11,809 nucleotides of DNA. It comes from Chlamydiae bacterium RIFCSPHIGHO2_12_FULL_49_11. GTDB taxonomy: Bacteria; Chlamydiota; Chlamydiia; Chlamydiales; 2-12-FULL-49-11. The stretch lies in NCBI GenBank assembly GCA_001794905.1, contig MGLW01000065.1, positions 1-11,809 on the forward strand, given 5' to 3'. Below the pieces are notes generated by a model. The model did not search any database. It was given only the letters and a program-made list of their open reading frames with translations, and was not told the origin of the DNA. A program made the translations under genes and the position numbers. Within the stretch, counting starts at the first letter, position 1; each line of letters starts with the position of its first letter. Positions 1 to 7,400 of the stretch are shown here, piece by piece.

Positions 1-1
1 G

Positions 2-166
2 CTTGCGATCATGGTCGCGGCAATTTACCAAGGCCTGTGCTGCGCATCGGCAATCCAGGCGGTGGCAAAACAACAGGGACTTTTCGGCAAAACATTCGTT
101 GTGATTGGGATTGTCGAGTCGTTTGCTCTCTTTGCGTTTGTCTTCTCGCTCCTCCTCCTGTCGTAA
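2..166 (+). CDS. atpK: V-type ATP synthase subunit K (proteolipid/c-ring), 3' part; 5' end lies outside the window
   Basis: Not in the ORF track. Frame +2 translates as LAIMVAAIYQGLCCASAIQAVAKQQGLFGKTFVVIGIVESFALFAFVFSLLLLS*, stop TAA 164-166. Hydrophobic hairpin with the ion-binding Glu in GIVESFALFA, matching the C-terminus of chlamydial AtpK/NtpK as I recall it. Confidence 0.9.
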   Translation, partial: LAIMVAAIYQGLCCASAIQAVAKQQGLFGKTFVVIGIVESFALFAFVFSLLLLS

Positions 167-171
167 TTTCT

Positions 172-199
172 TTTACCAAAACCCGCTTCCTTGTATAAG
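172..199 (+). promoter_or_regulatory. Possible sigma70/sigma66-type promoter for fumC
   Basis: TTTACC (172-177), 16 nt, TATAAG (194-199); only 6 nt before ATG 206. The AAGG(A) here could instead be the ribosome-binding site. Confidence 0.3.
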
Positions 200-205
200 G
201 AAAAT

Positions 206-1585
206 ATGGGGTATCGGGAAGAAGAAGACACGCTGGGGAAGGTAAAGGTTCCCGAAGACAAGTTTTGGGGTGCACAGACGCAACGATCGCTAGAGAACTT
301 TGCCGTTTCCAATGAACTCATGCCGATCGAAGTGATCCATGCTCTTGCCCTCATCAAAAAGCATGCCGCTCATGTCAATGCAGATCTCGGTCTTTTGCCC
401 GAAGAGAAGCAGGCCCTCATCGCCAAAGCTGCCGAAGAAATAGTCGCCGGCCGTTATGATGCCCATTTCCCCCTTACCGTATGGCAAACCGGTTCCGGAA
501 CCCAGACAAACATGAATGTCAACGAAGTGATTGCCAACATTGCAAATGTCCTTGCCGGTACAAGTCTCGGAGCCAAAGCACCGATCCATCCCAATGACGA
601 CGTGAACCGGTCGCAATCGTCCAACGATGTGATCCCGTCCGCAATCGCCCTTGCCGTCACCTCCCTCGTGCACCGGAAGCTGATTCCGGCCCTTTCCGAC
701 TTCATTAAAATGGTCGAGAAGAAGATGAAAGAGTTCAAAGGGGTGGTTAAATGCGGTCGCACCCACCTAATGGACGCGACTCCGCTCACCCTTGCCCAGG
801 AATTTTCTGCTTATGCGGGCTCGCTCTCCGATGCCAAAGAACACATCGAAGCTGCCCTGAAACAAACGGTACGCCTGGCTTTGGGCGGTACGGCAGTAGG
901 AACAGGTTTTACCGCCCACCCCGATTTTGGCGCCCGGGTGTGCATGCGTCTTGATGAAGAGTTAAAGCTTCCTTTCACCGCGTCAGGCAATAAGTTTGCG
1001 GCCCTCTCCACTCTTGATTCGATCCTTCCTCTCAGCAGCGCCCTCCGTTTTCTTGCCGGCGCCCTTTATAAAATGGCTTCCGACATCCGCCTTCTTGCTT
1101 CCGGCCCTCGCTGCGGCATCGGCGAACTCAACCTTCCTGCCAACGAACCCGGCTCTTCGATCATGCCCGGCAAAGTCAATCCCACCCAGTGTGAATCGCT
1201 CACCCAGGTGGCGCTGCAGGTGATGGGCTTTGACGCCGTCGTAGCGATGGCATCAACGCAGGGCCATCTTCAGCTCAATGTGTACCGCCCCATTGTAGCC
1301 TACAACACGATCCGTTCCATCCACCTTCTCGCTGACAGCCTCGTGAACTTTTCCCACCGATGCCTAAAAGGCATCACGCCCAACCTGAAAAAAATCCATG
1401 CCCACCTCGAAAACTCCCTCATGCTGGTAACGGCGCTCAGCTCTCACATCGGCTACGAGCGTTCTGCCCGCATTGCTAAACTTGCTCATGAAAAGGGGAT
1501 TACCCTTAAAGCGGCAACGCTCGAACTCGGCCTTCTGACGGCTGAAGAATTCGACCGCTACGTCGTCCCCGAATCGATGACATGA
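206..1585 (+). CDS. fumC: Class II fumarate hydratase (fumarase C)
   Basis: Motifs WGAQTQRS, VWQTGSGTQTNMNVNEVIAN, HPNDDVNRSQSSND, GRTHLMDATP and the signature GSSIMPGKVNP. ATG 206 (MGYREEEDTLG) fits the usual FumC start (R-x-E-x-D-T/S-x-G) better than the TTG at 191. Confidence 0.97.
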   Translation: MGYREEEDTLGKVKVPEDKFWGAQTQRSLENFAVSNELMPIEVIHALALIKKHAAHVNADLGLLPEEKQALIAKAAEEIVAGRYDAHFPLTVWQTGSGTQTNMNVNEVIANIANVLAGTSLGAKAPIHPNDDVNRSQSSNDVIPSAIALAVTSLVHRKLIPALSDFIKMVEKKMKEFKGVVKCGRTHLMDATPLTLAQEFSAYAGSLSDAKEHIEAALKQTVRLALGGTAVGTGFTAHPDFGARVCMRLDEELKLPFTASGNKFAALSTLDSILPLSSALRFLAGALYKMASDIRLLASGPRCGIGELNLPANEPGSSIMPGKVNPTQCESLTQVALQVMGFDAVVAMASTQGHLQLNVYRPIVAYNTIRSIHLLADSLVNFSHRCLKGITPNLKKIHAHLENSLMLVTALSSHIGYERSARIAKLAHEKGITLKAATLELGLLTAEEFDRYVVPESMT

Positions 1586-1643
1586 TCATTGCTTCAAAAA
1601 ATAGATTTGCTAACAATGAAATAATCAACGATTTAAGATTCAG

Positions 1644-1681
1644 TTATGCTCAAAACTGACAAATGTCGATTTTGAGCATAA
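1644..1681. repeat. 38-bp near-perfect inverted repeat (candidate operator or hairpin) just upstream of the ATPase remnant
   Basis: TTATGCTCAAAA-ct-GACA-aa-TGTC-ga-TTTTGAGCATAA: perfect 12-bp outer arms (1644-1655 / 1670-1681) and 4-bp inner arms. Confidence 0.85.
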
Positions 1682-1690
1682 TAGATTGAC

Positions 1691-2014
1691 ATGAACATCA
1701 TGCTCATTAAAGAAAAGGCTTTTTTGCCTTTTAGTGGGCTGGCTCCGGTTAATGGAGTAACGGCGCAGGATCAGCGCGATACTTTCGCCCGCGAACTTGC
1801 GATTTTGTTTAATCTTCCCCCTTTTACTTTCACAGATTGGAGTGATGCTTTTGCGCATCTATCAAGACATTTCACGGCCAAACCCACTGTCATTCTCTTT
1901 GATGAGATTTCATGGATAGGTTCAAAAGATCCGACATTTGTCTCCAAGTTAAAAGTTTGGTGGGACCTTGTCCTGCAAATCATTCCCATATCATCCTTAG
2001 AACCAGCCGTATAA
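1691..2014 (+). pseudogene. Degraded AAA-family ('archaeal ATPase'-like, ATPase_2-type) ATP-binding protein fragment
   Basis: Retains FSGLAP, TDWSDAF and the Walker B region VILFDEISW...DPTFVSKLKVWWD, but has no Walker A (GRRRxGKS in this family). Apparent frameshift near 1977-1980: the shifted frame reads NHSHIIL (1978-1998), the strand expected before the family CGS motif, then similarity ends. Confidence 0.7.
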
Positions 2015-2034
2015 AATCACTATCCGTTTTTTTC

Positions 2035-2063
2035 TTGTACTTATATCTATTATTGGTAATAAT
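2035..2063 (+). promoter_or_regulatory. Possible sigma70/sigma66-type promoter for the orphan gene
   Basis: TTGTAC (2035-2040), 16-17 nt, (TGg)TAATAA/AATAAT (2057-2063). AT-rich context lowers specificity. Confidence 0.35.
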
Positions 2064-2093
2064 TCAAGCTTATTTTAAGGAAAGGTGAATTTT

Positions 2094-3188
2094 ATGGATA
2101 TTTCTGGAGGAAAAGAGTTGCTGAGTTTTCGGTCTTCTAATTACGTCGAGTATGATGAGACTGATTTTTCAATTGATCCCAAAATTGATGATACTGTTTT
2201 ATCAATTTGTTCCAGATCTGATGTTACGCTTGAAGCAAAAGTAGAGCAATGTTTAGCGGCTATCCGGCAGCATCATGCAGGAAATCTCGATATAGAGACT
2301 AATAAATTGTTATCATACAAATTTAGCAGTGGAGGAGTGCCTCGCGCCGAAGATCCTGTGATCCAAATGCTCGTTCGTAGGGGTGCCTTCTCGTCCCTTC
2401 CTCTCCCGAAACAGTTTGTCTTAGTTGCTAACTACGGGACCGATGATGATGTAGCGCTATTCTTGTGCCACAATCCATCGGGATTTATCCTAGAAGAGAA
2501 TTATATAAGCGCTTATGACTTAGAAGACCTGTTTTGCAACACATCACAACTCGTACGTAGAGCCGTTATCGGTGAGTTAAACCGCCTTTCTGGGGACGAA
2601 ACCCAACAAGAAAATGTAAAAAGATTTGTCGTGAATAGTTTTTGGACAAGTGAGAGTATTTACAAATTAATTTTTTCGAATGCGTTTAGTGAAATCGCAT
2701 TTACCGAGGATATGCTTGCCTCGATCTTTAGTTATTGTTATACGTTTACTGTGGAAGAATTATGTGAGTTAATAAGCAAAGAACCTTCCGCAAATCTGAA
2801 GCAGTTTTTTGATTTTATAGTTTTATTTTATCAATATAGGCCCGATAGAGTTTTACGATTGTATTTGGACAATCGCCCCCAATTTAAAGGCATTCTACCC
2901 GAAGTTATCGAAGCCCCTATTCGCTGGGACCCGAAATACTTTTTTCCGAGCTGCCTGGAATCAATTCAGGAAATGATTTCCCTAATCCCGAAGAGTGGTG
3001 TTTCTAACAAGTTTATTTCTGAAACTTTAAGAAAAATTATGAAGATCTTATCTCGCAATCGAGAAGCTTTAGGTCAAGCTAATTGGAAAGAAATTTGCAC
3101 TCTCATAGCTTCCGAACCCGTTCTTTCCTCACTTCGAAATATGGAATTTTTTTCCGATCAGGCAATCCGTGACATGCTAGAGCTCTAG
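2094..3188 (+). CDS. Hypothetical protein (364 aa from ATG 2094, 367 aa from GTG 2085), AT-rich, apparently helical
   Basis: Long uninterrupted ORF in AT-rich DNA; AAGGAAAGGTGA SD-like sequence ahead of ATG 2094. No catalytic motif, signal peptide or transmembrane segment recognised. Confidence 0.8.
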   Translation: MDISGGKELLSFRSSNYVEYDETDFSIDPKIDDTVLSICSRSDVTLEAKVEQCLAAIRQHHAGNLDIETNKLLSYKFSSGGVPRAEDPVIQMLVRRGAFSSLPLPKQFVLVANYGTDDDVALFLCHNPSGFILEENYISAYDLEDLFCNTSQLVRRAVIGELNRLSGDETQQENVKRFVVNSFWTSESIYKLIFSNAFSEIAFTEDMLASIFSYCYTFTVEELCELISKEPSANLKQFFDFIVLFYQYRPDRVLRLYLDNRPQFKGILPEVIEAPIRWDPKYFFPSCLESIQEMISLIPKSGVSNKFISETLRKIMKILSRNREALGQANWKEICTLIASEPVLSSLRNMEFFSDQAIRDMLEL

Positions 3189-3315
3189 AGAGCGTCAATA
3201 CGAACCTCTAATCTTGAGCGGACTATTTTTTTGGGGCAAGATCAGTCACGTTTTTGAAAATCTTCATGCTCGATAGTTAGCAATTGAATATTTATAATTA
3301 TGGCGTGTCGGCGCA

Positions 3316-3813
3316 TCATGTTCTGGAAAAAAGGAATTTTCCGAATAGGATGGGGTGGCAAAGGGCCTCTTTGAGGATGCGGGGCCATGTCACCATATGG
3401 GCTTCAAATTCGAAGAACGACTCTTCCCGGGCCAGTTGACAGATCAGATCGGAAAAGGGGGGAGGCATGCGTTTCTCCGGAAGGTTTGCCAGGGAGAAAA
3501 AATGGACGGCGCTGACCTCATTTTTACAGGGGATGCCGCGGATGCCGCTAAATTCCATCGTGAAGACGGCCGCCGACCGGATGAAAGGGGGTTTCGGGCG
3601 AAGATTTGCCGCATGTCTCACGTTTTTTACGGAAAAGCCAGTTTCTTCCATCGCCTCTCTTACGGCTGCTTCTTGGAGCGTTTCTTCCTTTTCTTTGCCG
3701 CCGCCGGGAAGAACCCAGACGGGAATATCACGGCGCAAGATCAGTGCAATCTCGGTGCGTCCGGGATTGAAAATAGCCGCAAAAGTACTCTCTATTTCTT
3801 CCATGAACGACAT
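3316..3813 (-). CDS. Nudix (MutT-family) hydrolase
   Basis: Full Nudix box GX5EX7REUXEEXGU = G-GKEKE-E-TLQEAAV-RE-AM-EE-T-GF, preceded by WVLPGG. Start placed at ATG 3813 (MSFMEE) with GGAG just upstream, rather than the ORF-track start at 3873. Confidence 0.9.
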   Translation of the reverse strand: MSFMEEIESTFAAIFNPGRTEIALILRRDIPVWVLPGGGKEKEETLQEAAVREAMEETGFSVKNVRHAANLRPKPPFIRSAAVFTMEFSGIRGIPCKNEVSAVHFFSLANLPEKRMPPPFSDLICQLAREESFFEFEAHMVTWPRILKEALCHPILFGKFLFSRT

Positions 3814-3872
3814 AATAACTCCACTAACAATTAATTCAAATGGGTCATTACGGGAAATTACTTGACAGAGCA

Positions 3873-4388
3873 CTAAAAGGAAACACCGGCTCGGATTTGC
3901 GGGAGAGGCATTACTTCCAATTTGTTTCTGCGCTTTTTCTCTATCCCGTACCTCGTTTCACTTACGAGAAGCTGGGTCGAGACCCCGATATCAAAAAATC
4001 CGCCCGCGCTCCCTTCCGTTCCAATGCGAAGGGGGACGAAAAGTCCCGGATACAATAAAAAGTGGGTTGACATGAGATCAGTGATGTAGGATCCGCCGAT
4101 GCCGGCACTCCCGTACCAGTGAGAGCCAAAATGGAAAAGCTCCGAGTAGGAAGCGGAAAGCATGTTTACGAGGAGGACTGAATGAACGTCAAGATCGAAC
4201 GATCTGTGACTGTTTCGAAAAGAAACCCCGGCTCCGGGCACAATGAGTGTCATGCTCAGATAGGGGACGGCTCTTGTTTCCAGTTGTGCCCAAACCGGCT
4301 GAAAGGCAGCCGTGGGCGCCTGTGGCATCTCGCTCGCAAAGAGTCCGGACAAAGAAGCACAAGTCAAAAATTTAATTATCTTTTTCAT
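3873..4388 (-). CDS. Exported hypothetical protein, possible small outer-membrane beta-barrel
   Basis: N-terminal MKKIIKFLTCASLSGLFA looks like a Sec signal peptide. Alternating Gly/aromatic strands (GAGVSFR, WYGSAGIGGSY, FFDIGVS) and a C-terminal IRAGVSF ending in Phe (BAM beta-signal-like). Confidence 0.7.
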   Translation of the reverse strand: MKKIIKFLTCASLSGLFASEMPQAPTAAFQPVWAQLETRAVPYLSMTLIVPGAGVSFRNSHRSFDLDVHSVLLVNMLSASYSELFHFGSHWYGSAGIGGSYITDLMSTHFLLYPGLFVPLRIGTEGSAGGFFDIGVSTQLLVSETRYGIEKKRRNKLEVMPLPQIRAGVSF

Positions 4389-4398
4389 AATGAATATA

Positions 4399-4428
4399 AT
4401 TATGCCCGATCGGTATTATTTATGTCAA
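4399..4428 (-). promoter_or_regulatory. Sigma70/sigma66-type promoter for the 3873-4388 gene (possibly also the Nudix gene)
   Basis: Minus strand TTGACA (4428-4423), 18 nt, CATAAT (4404-4399); 10 nt to ATG 4388; no SD visible. Confidence 0.55.
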
Positions 4429-4432
4429 CAAT

Positions 4433-7400
4433 TCATAAAAGTGTACAAGATGTTTTTGCCTTGACGGCACCATGAAGTTTTAAAAGATCTTCCACATTGG
4501 GTCTTGCAATATCAAGGGCTGTTTTTCCGCTACTACTTTCCAAATCGACCTTTGCGCCTCCAGAAAGGAGGGCTGCGACAACATCATAATGCCCCATTTC
4601 TGCTGCAATATGGAGAGGAGAATAGCGCGAGGTTGTTACTTTATTTATATCGACGATTCGTACGCTTTGTATTGGAACTGGTTTTCTTTGTAGGGATTGG
4701 AGCGGGATAGGTTCTTGTGGATTTTTCCATAGCTTAAATTGAGATGCCGGTCTGCTCACTGAGAGCAATTTATTTACGATGGCACTGTAACCCTGTTCAG
4801 ATGCATGATACAGGGCAGTCTTTCCGAAGTGATCGGCAACCTCTAGATCAATATTTACATTTTCGAGTAATACCGAGACGATATCAAAGTATCCCAAGTG
4901 ACAAGCGCACATCAAAGGAGTCATTCCGTTACCATTTTGAATATTAATTTGCGCCTGGCTTTGTAATAATTTCTTTACGGCATCTATTTGGTTATATTCT
5001 ACAGCAATGAAAAGAGCCGTCTTACCTTCTTTGTTCGTTGTATCTATCAAGATATTTTGAGAGAGCAAGAATCGGATCACGGCGACGTGCCCTTTTTTAG
5101 CCGCAAATATCAACGGGGTATTCCCAAAAATATCCCGGGTTTGAAGCACATCTGTAATCCGAAGAAGGGGTGCTTTAAGCAAGGCATTGATGGCATCCAT
5201 GTTTCCATTGGAACAAGCCGACATCAAAACGGTCTGTTGTTGAGTGTCTCTAATATCGATGCGTGCCTTATTTAGCAGCAATATTTTAATGGCATCGATG
5301 CGAGCATTTTGAACAGCAAAGAAAAGAGCTGTCATGCTTCGGTTGTTAGTTTGTTCTATCAGGGCACCTTGAGCAAGAAGGTATTGGATCACGGGAACAT
5401 TTCCACCTCTAGCTGCCCACATTAGCGGTGTATTCCCTTGAATATCAGAACAATTCAGTTGGGCATTTGCTATCCTCAGAATTTTTACAATTCTGAGATC
5501 ACCGGCATATGCAGCATGCATCAGAGCCGTTTCTTTTTTTTCATTACAAGATTCGACATCGATATGAAGCTGGATCAAGGTTTCGACCGCTTTTTTATGA
5601 CCATCGGCTGCAGCCTGCATTAGTACTTTGTAGCTTGCCCCGTTTTTTATGTCTGCTCTGGCGCCATTTTGGACCAGGATCGGTATTACTTCATTTCTAT
5701 CTTTCTCTGCAGCATGAAATAGAGCCGTATTTCCCGATAAGTCTACAACTTCGATTTTTGCTTTTTTTTCGAGCAAAAATTTGACCGCCCGGACATGACC
5801 GTGTCTTGCAGCAATCATGAGCGCCGTCCATCCGTTTATATTTTGAGCGTCAATGTTGCCTTGCCATTCAAGCACCATTTGGAGTATTTCCACAGAGCCC
5901 CCTTCTGCCGCACACATTAAAAGGGTCCAATGATCGTGGTCTTTGATGTCCGTTTTGGCGTGACGGTCTTTAAGGAATTTAAATGTGGAGTATCTACCAT
6001 GCAGCGCGGCGATCATTAATGGGGTATGGCCTTTCTCTGTTTGACTCTCAATTTCGGCACCATGTTCCATTAAGATGGTTACAATCCCATCATGACCGCC
6101 GCTCACTGCATACATGAGAGGGGTACATCCATCTTGATCTCTTGCAGTGACTTGTAGCCCTTCAGCAATAAAAAAAAGAGCCGCATCTACATTTCCATAT
6201 TGTGCAGCCACCATGATGGGTGTGACTTTATTACATGAGGCTACATTGGTAGCTTCTCCCGAATCTTTTAGAAAACGGATGATGGTCATATCGCCGTGCT
6301 TGGCAGCAAACAGCATAGGTGTCCAACCCTCTCCATTTTTACTATTTATTTGTTTTGGGTTATAGAGCAGACGCACACTTAAGGCGTTACCTAACTCTAT
6401 TGCAATCATGAAAGCAGTAGTACCATCTTTAGGGTTACCCTCGAAATCGGCTTTGAACACCCTAAGTTTTTCTATCACAGCGGGGTTACTACTTTTTGCA
6501 GCATACACCAATACTCCGCGGCCTTCTTTATCGATCTTTCGAAAATCTGCCCCCCTTTCCAAAAGTTGTGTGACGGTTTCCTCATTCCCGTTCTGAGATG
6601 CAAACATCAAAGCTGTTCGGCCTTGATCGTCATGTTCATCAATAGCTGCTCCGGCGTCTAATAGGTACATGGTTGTGATGTGATGATTATTTTGGGCTGC
6701 GATGAGGAGAGCGCCTCCTTTTCGCTTGAATTGTAAAGTAAGATTAGTGATTTTCATAATCAGTAGACGCACTACTTCTGTATGTCCCATTTGTGCTGCA
6801 TACATTAAAGCGATCTTATGTTCATGATCACGCGCACCGATTTTTGCACAGAATTCAAGTAAAATGCGTACGCTCTCCCGGTTCCCGTTGTATGCGGCAG
6901 CCATGAGCGGAGTCCAGTCGTGAACATCGGGCTGGTGGATATTCGCTGCCCGTTGGCATAATAGTTCTACTATAGCGGGATACTCTCTTGATGCAGCAAT
7001 AAAGAGTGCAGTACGGCCGTTACGATCTCTTTTATCTAGGTTGGCACCCGAGCAGATAAGCCACTCTACAGTTGCGCTATGATTGGCGTGGGAGGCGTGC
7101 ATGAGGGGAGTCCAGTCTTTATTAAAGGCAAAGTTGATATCTACACCACGGTCGTACAACATTTTCGCAATTTCGAGATAGCCCCTTTGTACGGCGACCA
7201 GGAAAGCACTTTGATACTCGATTTTGATGTTGGTAGTAGCGAGCCCATCGAACAATTTTCGTACGATTTCCGTGTCACCGCTATATGCTGCAAGTATTAA
7301 GGGTGCATTTTTCTGGGGATATTTCTTGGTTACCGAGATTCCTCTTTCAAGAAGAAGTTTGGCCATTTCGGAATGATGATAGAATAGAGCGGTCAGGAGC

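Noticed and set aside
191-205. TTG start for fumC given in the ORF track
   Set aside because: ATG 206 matches the typical FumC N-terminus; 191-205 looks like promoter/RBS sequence.
9-1223. Short ORFs overlapping atpK/fumC (9-275, 25-357, 290-766, 454-789, 751-954, 811-1011, 996-1223)
   Set aside because: Antisense or off-frame shadows of well-supported genes; no motifs recognised.
1640-1989. Minus-strand ORFs 1640-1858 and 1771-1989
   Set aside because: Antisense to the ATPase relic, which carries the recognisable motifs.
3211-3242. ATCTTG...CAAGAT inverted repeat between convergent genes as a terminator
   Set aside because: Only 6-bp arms with a 20-nt loop; too weak to call.
3862-3867. 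Perfect TTGACA on the plus strand (possible antisense promoter)
   Set aside because: No -10 element at 16-18 nt spacing.
3355-4475. Plus-strand ORFs 3355-3834, 3467-3865, 3840-4058, 4182-4475
   Set aside because: Antisense shadows of the Nudix and exported-protein genes.
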